From an uncultured Eubacteriales bacterium (GTDB lineage Bacteria; Bacillota; Clostridia; Christensenellales; Borkfalkiaceae), in NCBI GenBank assembly GCA_902767225.1, contig CACXGN010000015.1:29526-93525 (forward strand): 64,000 bases of DNA, written 5' to 3'. The notes under the pieces were generated by a model, which was not told the DNA's origin, made no database searches, and saw only the letters and a list, made by a program, of their open reading frames with translations. Positions 37,309 through 46,188 of the stretch are shown here, piece after piece. Made by a program: the position numbers and the translations under genes. Within the stretch, counting starts at the first letter, position 1. Each line of letters opens with the position of its first letter.

Positions 37309-37515
37309 TTAAAATTCTTTTCTGCCGACCAAAAAGTCTATTGTAACGTCAAAACAATCGGCAAGTTTTATAAGGTTTGTCATCGTGGGTTCGATCTTAT
37401 CGTGCTCCCACTCGGAAACGCATTGTTGAGTAACGTATAAATAGCCCGCAAGTTGCGTTTGACTGATTTTGTGCTCTTTTCTGAGCGCTAACAAGTTTTC
37501 GCTGAACTTACTCAT
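37309..37515 (-). CDS. XRE-family helix-turn-helix protein
   Basis: 68 aa. LRKEHKISQTQLAGYLYVTQQCVSEWEHDK. Confidence 0.8.
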   Translation of the reverse strand: MSKFSENLLALRKEHKISQTQLAGYLYVTQQCVSEWEHDKIEPTMTNLIKLADCFDVTIDFLVGRKEF

Positions 37516-37588
37516 ATCTGCATTTTACAATTATTCTTGTAACAAGATTGACAATACAAGTTTAATTGTGAAAAGGAGATTTTAGAAA

Positions 37589-37912
37589 ATGAAAGTCAAT
37601 AGGGTTAGAAGAATTTTTGAAATCATATCCGCAAGCATTGCGGTGCTTTTGGGAATTATGTAAGTTGTTTTCGGAATAATTGCATGCGTAATAATATTTC
37701 CTTTGTTGATAGCGATAATCTGCCTTCCGACATTGTCTAGCAAGAAAGATAAATCTAAAAACCATACAAACGTAAATTCACAAAGTAACGAAAAAGAGTT
37801 ATTGACAAAGTTACAGGAATTAAAGAAAATCAAAGATTTAAGCGTTATAACGGAAGAGCAGTATAATGAAGCGGTAGAAAAAATTATTCAGGAATATAAA
37901 AAGACGGTATAG
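37589..37912 (+). pseudogene. small membrane protein with C-terminal SHOCT-like domain, interrupted by an in-frame TAA (37661-37663)
   Basis: AAGGAG lies 7 nt before ATG 37589. Translation: MKVNRVRRIFEIISASIAVLLGIM*VVFGIIACVIIFPLLIAIICLPTLSSKK...LLTKLQELKKIKDLSVITEEQYNEAVEKII. Track ORF 37703..37912 is in the same frame and has no SD. Confidence 0.5.
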
Positions 37913-38018
37913 AAAATATTTATAAAATAAAAACAGTCGACATTCAATAAGTCGGCTGTTTTTGTGTATAAAAATAAAAGCAAGGGAAATAATTCGGGTA
38001 TAAAAAAGGAGGTGCCCT

Positions 38019-38204
38019 ATGGGGAATATGTTAACCACGAAGGAAGCGACACTCGTTTCCGATCTTCTTACCTATGAAGAACAGGCTTGCAAAAAGGCAA
38101 GGCTTTATTCAAAGACTTTAACGGACAAAAATTTAGCGGAAACTTTCTGCAATATTGCGAACAATCACGAAAAGCGTTTCAATACGCTTTTAGGGATGCT
38201 ATAA
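38019..38204 (+). CDS. small helical protein, possibly the partner of the adjacent Coat-F-like protein
   Basis: 61 aa. AGGAGG SD. Tightly linked to the next gene. Confidence 0.4.
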   Translation: MGNMLTTKEATLVSDLLTYEEQACKKARLYSKTLTDKNLAETFCNIANNHEKRFNTLLGML

Positions 38205-38214
38205 GGAGGGGAAT

Positions 38215-38496
38215 ATGAGAAACGGCGAAAATATGCTTAACGAAAAAGACAGCCTGCAAGATATGTTGAATTTAGAAAAAACGATGGTAAAACTTTACGC
38301 CACCGCTTTAACCGAAGGCGCAAGCAAAGGCTTTCGCACGATGGCGCAAAACCATATAAAAGAGACGGCGAACGATCAACTTGACGTGTTTATGCAAATG
38401 ACCGAACACGGCTACTACAAAGTGGAAAGCGCGCCCGAAACAACCCTTTCGGAAGAAAAGAACAAATTTTCAAAAGTAAAAGGGCAGTTATCTTAA
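38215..38496 (+). CDS. spore coat protein F-like (Coat_F domain)
   Basis: 93 aa. The pattern LNEKDSLQDMLNLEKTMVKLYATALTEGASKGFR...MTEHGYYKV resembles Coat_F. Confidence 0.6.
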   Translation: MRNGENMLNEKDSLQDMLNLEKTMVKLYATALTEGASKGFRTMAQNHIKETANDQLDVFMQMTEHGYYKVESAPETTLSEEKNKFSKVKGQLS

Positions 38497-38499
38497 AAT

Positions 38500-38533
38500 A
38501 AAAAAGCCACGCAAAATAGCGTGGCTTTTAAGT
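38500..38533. terminator. bidirectional hairpin terminator
   Basis: AAGCCACGC-AAAAUA-GCGUGGCUU between convergent genes. Confidence 0.75.
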
Positions 38534-38542
38534 TTAATGTGG

Positions 38543-40276
38543 TTATTCTGCGGAATCTTCCTTTTTATCGGGAGAGATAAAGGAATCTTTTTTAGCGTAA
38601 AACTTTGCCGCAATTATCTTCGTTATAAAGAGCGAGCCGACCATAATAACTATGGATACGGGGAGCATAACATACCAGATCGGAACAAATCCCGCGATAA
38701 CGAAGCACACAAAAGATATCGCCGCGACGTAGATCGCATACGGGAGTTGTGTTGAAACGTGGTTAATGTGTTCGCACTCCGCGCCTGCGGAAGACATTAT
38801 CGTGGTATCGGATATCGGCGAACAGTGGTCACCGCAAACCGCACCGGCAAGACAAGCCGAGATTCCGAGAACCATTTGCGCGTTAGCCGCAGTTCCGCCC
38901 GGATACATAGCGGTAACGATAGGAATAAGTATACCGAACGTTCCCCAAGATGTTCCGGTTGCGAAAGCAAGCACGCACGCAACAAGGAAGATTATCGCCG
39001 GCAAGAAACTTTGCAAAGTTGCCGCCGCACCGCTCATCATATCGCCCACAAAGTATTTTGCACCGAGAACGCCCGTGATATTTTTAAGTGCGGTTGCAAA
39101 GGTTAAAATAAGGATTGCGGGAACCATTGCGATAAAGCCTTTGGGGATCGCTTCCATAGATTCTTTAAACGAAACGTTCTGACGGATAGCAAGATATATG
39201 ATAGATAAAACGAGAGCGATAAGTCCGCCCCAAGGAAGCGCGATAGTTGCGTCGGTATCGGCAAACGCGTCTATAAAGGAAGCGCCTTCGAAAATCCCGC
39301 CCACGTATAAAAGTGCGAAAATACAAGCAACGATAAGGAAGACTATCGGCAAAACGAGATCCCAAACTTTTCCGCGTTCGGACGGAGTGTAGCTATCGTC
39401 TTTAACTTGTTTTCCGGAGAAAAGATCGCCGTTTAATGCGTTCAGTTCGTGTTTTCTCATCGGACCGAAATCGAACTTCATTAAAACGAGAGAGATAACG
39501 AACACGAGAGTTAGTATCGAATAGAAGTTCATAGGTATCGCCGCGATAAAGAGCGAGAAACCTTGCCCGTCGGCGGCGTATTGCGAAACAGCCGCCGCCC
39601 AAGAAGAAACGGGCGCTATCATACAGATAGGTGCGGCAGTTGCGTCGATAAGATAGGCAAGTTTACTGCGGCTTATCTTATGTTTATCGGTAACGGGGCG
39701 CATAACCGAACCAACGGTTAAACAGTTAAAGTAGTCGTCGATAAAGATCAAAACGCCCAAAACGAAAGTGCATATAGACGCACCGACTCTCGTTTTAACG
39801 TGCTTTTGAGCCCATTCGCCGAACGCCTTGCTGCCGCCCGCCTTATTGACAAGGGCGACCAAAATTCCGAGTTCGATCAAGAATACGAATATACCCGCGG
39901 TATCGGATACTGCGGCGATAAGACCGGTATTGATAACGTGATCAACCGTTCCTGTAAAAGAAAATCCGGAAGCAAGGATCGCGCCCGATAAAATACCGAT
40001 AAAAAGCGAAGAGAAAACTTCTTTGGTTATAAGCGCGAGTGCTATCGCTATTATCGGGGGTAAGAGCGCCCAAATGGTGCCGACAACTTTGCCTGTGCCA
40101 CCGCACGTTTCGCATATTTCGGCTTCTATCATTCCGGTGCCGTGACATTCGGGGCACATAACCGTTTTAGTAACGAGCCCGCAAGCCACCGCAACGATAA
40201 GCAGAGTTAAAATAACTACTGCGGCGACGATCAGAGTGATCGATTTTCCGTTAAAAAACTTCTTTGCGTTTAACAT
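38543..40276 (-). CDS. NhaC-family Na+/H+ antiporter-type transporter with N-terminal TM anchor and DnaJ-type zinc-finger motif
   Basis: NhaC-like core starts at ALLPPIIAIALALITKEVFSSLFIGILSG. The start MLNAKKFF (ATG 40276) follows AAGGAG; the track start at 40315 is less likely. Residues 41-62 read CPECHGTG-x6-CETCGGTG. Confidence 0.8.
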   Translation of the reverse strand: MLNAKKFFNGKSITLIVAAVVILTLLIVAVACGLVTKTVMCPECHGTGMIEAEICETCGGTGKVVGTIWALLPPIIAIALALITKEVFSSLFIGILSGAILASGFSFTGTVDHVINTGLIAAVSDTAGIFVFLIELGILVALVNKAGGSKAFGEWAQKHVKTRVGASICTFVLGVLIFIDDYFNCLTVGSVMRPVTDKHKISRSKLAYLIDATAAPICMIAPVSSWAAAVSQYAADGQGFSLFIAAIPMNFYSILTLVFVISLVLMKFDFGPMRKHELNALNGDLFSGKQVKDDSYTPSERGKVWDLVLPIVFLIVACIFALLYVGGIFEGASFIDAFADTDATIALPWGGLIALVLSIIYLAIRQNVSFKESMEAIPKGFIAMVPAILILTFATALKNITGVLGAKYFVGDMMSGAAATLQSFLPAIIFLVACVLAFATGTSWGTFGILIPIVTAMYPGGTAANAQMVLGISACLAGAVCGDHCSPISDTTIMSSAGAECEHINHVSTQLPYAIYVAAISFVCFVIAGFVPIWYVMLPVSIVIMVGSLFITKIIAAKFYAKKDSFISPDKKEDSAE

Positions 40277-40291
40277 AGTAAACTCCTTTGT

Positions 40292-40497
40292 AAAAATAAA
40301 AAATCGCAATACCATTAAATATTGCGAAAGTTTCCGTATATCTAATAGCGCAACACAAATTCTTGTGACAGTTGCAAAGATATTTTCCCTGCACCCAGAA
40401 AACCGACTTTCGGGAAGATCGGTCTCTTCGGCGGAAGTTCCTTTCCCGCAAAAGCCAAAGCCCCGCTTTTGCTTATCATAAATTCCGCGCCTCTATT
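40292..40497 (-). ncRNA. lysine riboswitch (L-box) with terminator expression platform
   Basis: The minus strand reads AAUAGAGGCGCG...GCGGGAAAGGAACUUCCGCCGAAGAG...CUGGGUGCAGGG...CAACUGUCACAAG. This matches the conserved L-box blocks AGAGGCGC, GGGAAAGG, CGCCGAAG, CUGG.GCA and CUGUCA. It is followed by the hairpin UCGCAAUA-(8 nt loop)-UAUUGCGA and UUUUUUAUUUUU (40292-40327). Confidence 0.8.
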
Positions 40498-40514
40498 ATT
40501 TTTAATGTAAAACA

Positions 40515-40543
40515 ACTATATAGCAAATAAAAGCGATTGTCAA
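40515..40543 (-). promoter_or_regulatory. promoter of the riboswitch-nhaC transcript
   Basis: Minus strand: TTGACA (40543-40538), 17 bp, TATAGT (40520-40515). Confidence 0.55.
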
Positions 40544-40627
40544 TAGGTTTTAAGAATTTTTGCCGAAATATATCATATTTTATTGAAGACATTAAATAAC
40601 GCGTTATTGCAAAACATTATTTAAACT

Positions 40628-40659
40628 AAAAAAGTCGCTTATTGATAAGCGACCTTTTT
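40628..40659. terminator. hairpin terminator 3' of the DUF378 gene
   Basis: GUCGCUUA-UUGA-UAAGCGAC flanked by A-runs and T-runs. Confidence 0.7.
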
Positions 40660-40660
40660 A

Positions 40661-40876
40661 TTAGTCCGTTGTTCTGAAAGGATTATATACTATCCAGTAG
40701 AATATAAGCCAAAGCGCGGATATGCCGACAAGAGAATAAATTATTCTGGATACGACGGCTGAACTTCCCGCGCCGAAGATGAGCGCAACCAAGTTAAAGT
40801 CGAACAAGCCAACCATAAGCCAAACGAGAGCGCCTATCAGAACGAGACAAAAAGCGATTATTGACGTAATTTTCAT
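40661..40876 (-). CDS. DUF378-family small membrane protein
   Basis: 71 aa with two TM helices. The pattern LVLIGALVWLMVGLFDFNLVALIFG is typical of DUF378. Confidence 0.75.
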   Translation of the reverse strand: MKITSIIAFCLVLIGALVWLMVGLFDFNLVALIFGAGSSAVVSRIIYSLVGISALWLIFYWIVYNPFRTTD

Positions 40877-40939
40877 AATCTCCTCCCGATAGAAGTATTC
40901 TCTATAAATAAAAAAATATACAATAAAAATAAAAACGCC

Positions 40940-41200
40940 TTAAAACAGGGCGTTTTCCAAAATAAGTTTATCGAAGTCTATTTTCTCCATAAAGTCGTCT
41001 TCTTTGAACTTAACGTTATTATATTTAGCGTAGTTAAAGATATGCGTCTTCATTAAAACGGGGGTGGGAATATCCAGTTTACCGCATATCTCGCATAAAA
41101 AGTCAAAAAAAAGCGAATAGTCCATAGCGCCTATTCTTTCAAAGGTAAACTGTTTTATAATTTTGCCGTTCTTAATAACTTTTGCCCAAATTCTAACCAT
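40940..41200 (-). CDS. hypothetical protein
   Basis: 86 aa. No motif recognised. Confidence 0.4.
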   Translation of the reverse strand: MVRIWAKVIKNGKIIKQFTFERIGAMDYSLFFDFLCEICGKLDIPTPVLMKTHIFNYAKYNNVKFKEDDFMEKIDFDKLILENALF

Positions 41201-41253
41201 AATTTCACCTTAAACATTGTAGCATAAAAGCACTTCGTAAAGCAATATAATTA

Positions 41254-41282
41254 TTGACAAAGTATTGATAATAGAGTAAAAT
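41254..41282 (+). promoter_or_regulatory. promoter of the Lrp-aminotransferase unit
   Basis: TTGACA (41254-41259), 17 bp, TAAAAT (41277-41282). Confidence 0.55.
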
Positions 41283-41325
41283 TGAAAGGTAATAAACCGC
41301 GCGGCATATTCGCCGCAAAATCGGG

Positions 41326-41823
41326 GTGACTATGGAAAATTTAAAGAAAAATCTTATTAAGTTGCTTGGCGAAAACGCGAGATACACTTTTTCGCAACTC
41401 TCTAAAATGACGGGCGAGCCGGAAGAAAAGGTCAAATCCGCAGTCGAAGAGTTGGAAAAAGACGGCGTTATAGTAAAATATTCCGCCATTATAAATACGG
41501 AAAAGTCGTCCGACAAGAAAGTTCAGGCGCTTATAGAAGTTAAAGTCGCTCCGCAAAAACTTAACGGTTTCGATTCGTATGCCGAACAGATCTATAACTT
41601 CCCCGAAGTTACAAGCCTATATTTAATGAGCGGCGGTTTCGATCTTGCCGTGTTCGCCGAGGGCGAAAGCCTTGCGGATATTGCAAAGTTTATTTCCGCA
41701 AAACTCAGCGTTATTGACGGAATAGTCGGTGTTCAGACACATTTTATTCTTAAAAAATACAAGATCGAAGGGCAGATCACCTGCGTTAAAGAAGAGAGCA
41801 AAAGGCAGATTATCCACGCATGA
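41326..41823 (+). CDS. Lrp/AsnC-family transcriptional regulator
   Basis: 165 aa. HTH (ARYTFSQLSKMTGEPEEKVKSAVEELEKDGVI) plus RAM/AsnC_trans_reg domain. ATG 41332 is an alternative start. Confidence 0.85.
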   Translation: MTMENLKKNLIKLLGENARYTFSQLSKMTGEPEEKVKSAVEELEKDGVIVKYSAIINTEKSSDKKVQALIEVKVAPQKLNGFDSYAEQIYNFPEVTSLYLMSGGFDLAVFAEGESLADIAKFISAKLSVIDGIVGVQTHFILKKYKIEGQITCVKEESKRQIIHA

Positions 41824-43004
41824 GAAATTTTGTAAGCAGAAGGGCTGCCGGCATTAAACCGTCGGGTATAAGAAAGTTTTTCGATATGTGCGCCAACAGA
41901 AAGGACGTTATATCCTTAGGCGTGGGAGAGCCCGACTTTATAACCCCGTGGGAGATAAGAGAAGAAGGCATAAACGCGATAAAACGCGGATATACGCAAT
42001 ACACGTCAAACAGCGGGCTAACGGAACTCCGTTCGGAAATTTCCGAATATCTTTTTTCGCGCTTTAACGTGGATTTTGCGCCCGAAAATATCGTTATAAC
42101 CGTGGGTGCTAGCGAGGCGATAGATATAACTCTTCGCGCGGTGATAGACGAAGGGGACGAAATTTTAGTTCCCGACCCCAGTTACGTTTCATACTGCTCG
42201 TGCATATCGCTTGCGGGCGGAAAACCCGTTTCGGTTTCCTGTTCGGGAGATAACGGATTTAAATTAACTCCCGAGAGTTTGGAAAAGGCGGTTACCGATA
42301 AAACGAAGGCGATAATCTTTCCGTATCCGAATAACCCCACCGGCGGGATAATGGAAAAAGAATACATAGAAAAAATCATACCCTTTATCATAAAGCACGA
42401 TCTTTTGGTTATCTCCGACGAGATATACGCCGAACTGACTTATGGCAAAAAGCATTGTTCGATTGCGTCTTTTGAAGAACTTAAAGACAGAGTGGTTTTA
42501 ATAAGCGGTTTTTCAAAATCGTTCGCAATGACGGGTTGGCGCGTCGGATACGTTTGCGCTCCTTCGCCCATCAAAAGCGCCCTGTTAAAGATACATCAAT
42601 ATGCGCTTATCTGCGCCCCCATATTTTCGCAATACGCGGCGCTTGCGGGGCTTAAAGACGGCAAGGCGAATAATTTTGAAACGGTCAGCGCCATGCGTGC
42701 CGAATACGATCAGAGAAGAAAGTTTATGCACAAGTCCTTTACGGATATGGGGCTTAATTGTTTCGAGCCGAAAGGTGCGTTTTATATCTTCCCGTCGGTC
42801 GAAAGCACGGGGCTTACCGGCGAAGAATTTGCAAAACAATTATTAGAAGAAGAAAAGGTAGCGGTCGTCCCCGGCGACGCGTTCGGTGAGTTCGGAAAGT
42901 ATTATGTGCGTTGCTCGTATGCTTATTCGATGAAAAATCTTGCCGTGGCGGTGGAAAAGATCGCGGAATTCGTAAATAAATTAAAGAGCGGAAAAAACAA
43001 ATGA
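41820..43004 (+). CDS. class I/II pyridoxal-phosphate aminotransferase (aspartate/aromatic type)
   Basis: 394 aa. SGFSKSFAMTGWRVGY PLP-lysine motif. Coupled to the Lrp gene (ATGA overlap). Confidence 0.85.
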   Translation: MRNFVSRRAAGIKPSGIRKFFDMCANRKDVISLGVGEPDFITPWEIREEGINAIKRGYTQYTSNSGLTELRSEISEYLFSRFNVDFAPENIVITVGASEAIDITLRAVIDEGDEILVPDPSYVSYCSCISLAGGKPVSVSCSGDNGFKLTPESLEKAVTDKTKAIIFPYPNNPTGGIMEKEYIEKIIPFIIKHDLLVISDEIYAELTYGKKHCSIASFEELKDRVVLISGFSKSFAMTGWRVGYVCAPSPIKSALLKIHQYALICAPIFSQYAALAGLKDGKANNFETVSAMRAEYDQRRKFMHKSFTDMGLNCFEPKGAFYIFPSVESTGLTGEEFAKQLLEEEKVAVVPGDAFGEFGKYYVRCSYAYSMKNLAVAVEKIAEFVNKLKSGKNK

Positions 43005-44164
43005 AAGTAAGAAGAGCATTAGTTATAGGCGCGGGGCTTTCCGGCGCGACGGTTGCAAGGCTTTTAGCCGAAAACGACGTTAACGTAACCGTAATAGATA
43101 AAAGGAACACGATAGGCGGCAACGCATACGATAAGGTAGACGAAAACGGTGTAACCGTTCAAGTTTACGGGCCGCATATTTTTCACACCAACTATAAAGA
43201 AGTTTACGATTTTTTGGCAAGGTTTACCGAGTGGGTGCCTTATAAACATAAAGTTTTGGCGTCGCTTAAAAAGAAGCACGAAAAAAAGCTAGTTCCCGTT
43301 CCGTTTAACCTTACTTCGCTTTTCGAGATGTATCCCGAAAAAGAGGCGGAGGCTATCAAACAGATCCTTACCGAAGAGATAGGCTACGGCAAAAAAGTGC
43401 CTATCCTTGCGCTAAAAAAACACGAAGACGAAAGGGTAAGAAAGTTTGCCGACTTCGTTTATAAAAATATATTCTATATTTACACGTTAAAACAATGGGG
43501 ATTTGCACCCGAAGAACTGGGCGACGAGGTTATGGGCAGAGTTCCCGTGTATATCTCGGAAGACGACGGGTATTTTACCGATACTTATCAATGCATGCCA
43601 AAATTCGGATTTACCGAAATGATAAAGAATATGTTAAACCACCCGAAGATATATCTTTCGCTCGGTAAAGACGCAAATAAAATGCTTTATTTATCCGATA
43701 ACAAGATATATTTTAACGGCACGGAATTTGACGAGCCGATTATCTTTACCGGTTGTGTGGACGAACTTTTCGAATATAAATACGGCGTTCTGCCTTATAG
43801 AAGCTTGAAGTTTAAATTCAAAACGGTAAACGCAAAATCCTTCCAGCCGGCGGCGGTAGTAAACTATACCGTGAATAAAAAATACACGCGTATTTCGGAA
43901 TTCACGAAGTTCGCCTGCCCCGAAAAAGAAAAAACGGTTATCGTAAAAGAATATCCCAAAACCTATAAAAAGGATAAAAATATACCGTATTATCCTATTC
44001 CCAGAAAAGAGAACGAACTTCTTCATAAAAAATACGCGGAAGAAGCGAAGAACTTTCCAAATCTATTCTTGCTCGGTCGCCTTGCCGAATATAAATACGT
44101 GAATATGGACGTTGCGGTTAAAAACGCAATGGCGCTTTTGGACAAGGTTTTAGAGGAAATGTAA
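43001..44164 (+). CDS. glf: UDP-galactopyranose mutase
   Basis: 387 aa. VIGAGLSGATVA FAD motif and GGNAYD...YGPHIFHT signature. Confidence 0.85.
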   Translation: MKVRRALVIGAGLSGATVARLLAENDVNVTVIDKRNTIGGNAYDKVDENGVTVQVYGPHIFHTNYKEVYDFLARFTEWVPYKHKVLASLKKKHEKKLVPVPFNLTSLFEMYPEKEAEAIKQILTEEIGYGKKVPILALKKHEDERVRKFADFVYKNIFYIYTLKQWGFAPEELGDEVMGRVPVYISEDDGYFTDTYQCMPKFGFTEMIKNMLNHPKIYLSLGKDANKMLYLSDNKIYFNGTEFDEPIIFTGCVDELFEYKYGVLPYRSLKFKFKTVNAKSFQPAAVVNYTVNKKYTRISEFTKFACPEKEKTVIVKEYPKTYKKDKNIPYYPIPRKENELLHKKYAEEAKNFPNLFLLGRLAEYKYVNMDVAVKNAMALLDKVLEEM

Positions 44165-45351
44165 TGGACAAAATAAAAATTTGCGAAATGTGCGACGCTT
44201 TTTATCCCACGGTAGACGGCGTCGTTAACGTTGTAAAAAACTATTCCCAAATTCTAAATAAAAAGTCTTGCTGCAAAGCATGCGTGCCTTCGGCGGGCAG
44301 AAAGTCCGATTACGTAGACAAGGAAGAGTTTGAAGTTATAAGGTGCGCGTCTATGCGTGCGCCCGAAGGATACAGAACGGCTTTGCCCTTTTTGGATAAG
44401 CGTTGCGCAAAAAAAATCGACGCGGAAAAGTTTGATATTATTCACGCGCACTCTCCTTTCGGCATGGGCAGATTTGCCTTAAAAAGGGCAAGGAAGAATA
44501 AAATCCCGCTCGTTGCAACTCTTCACACTCAGTATCATCAAGACTTTGAAAGGGTGCTTAAAGGTTTTAAGCCGCTAGTTAACTTCATGATCCGTTTCAT
44601 TATGAAAGTATATAACAAGGCGGACAGCGTTTGGACGGTAAGCAAAGGGTCTTGCGAGATATTAAGACAATACGGCTATAAAGGCGATATAAGGGTTATA
44701 AGAAACGGCACGGACTTTGTATACCCCGACTCAGCCGAAGAGTTAAAGAAAAAGATAGACGAAAAGCATAACCTTAAAGGGCAGAAAAACGTGTTTATAT
44801 TCGTCGGCCGTATGGCGATGTATAAAAACCTTAAACTTTTATGCGACGCGTTAAGAATAGTAAAAGACGCGGGTTGCGACTTTAAGATGCTGTTCGTCGG
44901 CGGTGGGTTTGACTTAAAAGAACTGAAAGAATACGTTAAAACGGTCGATATCGAAGACAGATGTATCTTCACCGGCCCTGTAAACAATAGGGCGGAACTT
45001 CAAGAATACTATACGAGAGCCGATCTACTTCTTTTCCCGTCGACTTTTGATATGGCAAGCGTAGTGGGAATAGAGGCGGCGGCGCACAAAGTTGCTTCCG
45101 TTATGATAAAAGGCGCTTGCACGGCTGAAACGATAACCGATAACGTAGACGGTTTTTTGACCGAAGAAACTGCTGAAAGTTTCGGCGAAAAGATTGCTTT
45201 TTTGTGCAATAATCCCGAACTTATAGAAAAAGCGGGGGATATGGCGTATAAAAACGTGTATAGAACGTGGGAAATGGTGGCAGAAGAAGTTTACGAAAAC
45301 TATTTAGACGTCATTAAACAATATAAAGAAAAACATAAAAAGAATAAATAA
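44164..45351 (+). CDS. family 4 glycosyltransferase
   Basis: 395 aa. GT-B fold with a typical C-terminal region (FVGRMA...KN...LLLFPSTFDMASVVGIEAAA). Confidence 0.75.
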   Translation: MDKIKICEMCDAFYPTVDGVVNVVKNYSQILNKKSCCKACVPSAGRKSDYVDKEEFEVIRCASMRAPEGYRTALPFLDKRCAKKIDAEKFDIIHAHSPFGMGRFALKRARKNKIPLVATLHTQYHQDFERVLKGFKPLVNFMIRFIMKVYNKADSVWTVSKGSCEILRQYGYKGDIRVIRNGTDFVYPDSAEELKKKIDEKHNLKGQKNVFIFVGRMAMYKNLKLLCDALRIVKDAGCDFKMLFVGGGFDLKELKEYVKTVDIEDRCIFTGPVNNRAELQEYYTRADLLLFPSTFDMASVVGIEAAAHKVASVMIKGACTAETITDNVDGFLTEETAESFGEKIAFLCNNPELIEKAGDMAYKNVYRTWEMVAEEVYENYLDVIKQYKEKHKKNK

Positions 45352-45355
45352 GCAA

Positions 45356-45386
45356 TAAAAAGCGCGGCTTATCGCCGCGCTTTTTA
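45356..45386. terminator. bidirectional hairpin terminator
   Basis: GCGCGGC-UUAUC-GCCGCGC flanked by A-runs and T-runs, between convergent genes. Confidence 0.75.
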
Positions 45387-45389
45387 ATT

Positions 45390-46184
45390 TTAATATTCCC
45401 ATTGTTTTTGGTTTTTTCTAAGTGAATAATCGTCTAAAACGTCGTTATAAACGTCGGTTTTTTCTTTAACCAAATCGACTTCCCAAGGCTTTATTCTATG
45501 GAAAAAATATTTTCTAACGTCGCAAAAATGATGAACCACGATATCCGGATAGTAAACGTTTTTAGAGTTGAATATATCCGATAGCATTATTCTTTTTGAG
45601 CAGACTTTGTTAAGTGCCGTTTGGTCGATATAAAGTAAGCGTTTTTTGTTTACTATTTCTCTTGCCCTTTCAAAAAGCGCGCTTTTTTTGCAAGCGTTAA
45701 AATTGACGAGTAAAACTCCGGCGTTAAAGTATTTGGGGTTTAACGTATAAGCGTCTTTAACCACGCCGAGTTCGTTATCTTCTAAATCTATATCGAATAA
45801 AAGAGAAATATCTCTGTTAATCACAGTATCCGCGTCCAGATAAATAAACTTATCGGGCAGGTCCATTTTATCCGCCAAAAGCCTTAACATAGTGTAAGGG
45901 GTAAACCTATTGTTAAGGTTGACGGAGTTAGATAAATTCTTCTTAAACTCTTCCGTCATATCCGCAGCGGTAAATTTGCTGTTCGGGTTTTTGGATTTCA
46001 ATATTCCGTCCATATAGGCGGAAAAGCTTTTAGATATAGGGCGGAAATTTTCGTTCATTTCCGACAAATCCATGGTTAGGCAAATAACATTTAAAGGGGC
46101 GTCGGTATGCTTTACCATAGAAAGTAAAGAAATCAAAATACCGTCCGCCGCCTTATAATTTCCGGCATATAATATTGTTATCAT
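45390..46184 (-). CDS. family 8 glycosyltransferase
   Basis: 264 aa. YLDADTVI (DxD) and LNPKYFNAGVLLVN motifs. Confidence 0.75.
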   Translation of the reverse strand: MITILYAGNYKAADGILISLLSMVKHTDAPLNVICLTMDLSEMNENFRPISKSFSAYMDGILKSKNPNSKFTAADMTEEFKKNLSNSVNLNNRFTPYTMLRLLADKMDLPDKFIYLDADTVINRDISLLFDIDLEDNELGVVKDAYTLNPKYFNAGVLLVNFNACKKSALFERAREIVNKKRLLYIDQTALNKVCSKRIMLSDIFNSKNVYYPDIVVHHFCDVRKYFFHRIKPWEVDLVKEKTDVYNDVLDDYSLRKNQKQWEY

Positions 46185-46188
46185 TATA

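Noticed and set aside
31846-37663. Idea that the two in-frame TAA codons reflect stop-codon reassignment
   Set aside because: TAA is the ordinary stop of most clearly identified genes here (the DeoR regulator, cysE, cysS, alaS, tyrA, aroA and others). Recoding is therefore not supported. Pseudogenisation or sequence error is more parsimonious.
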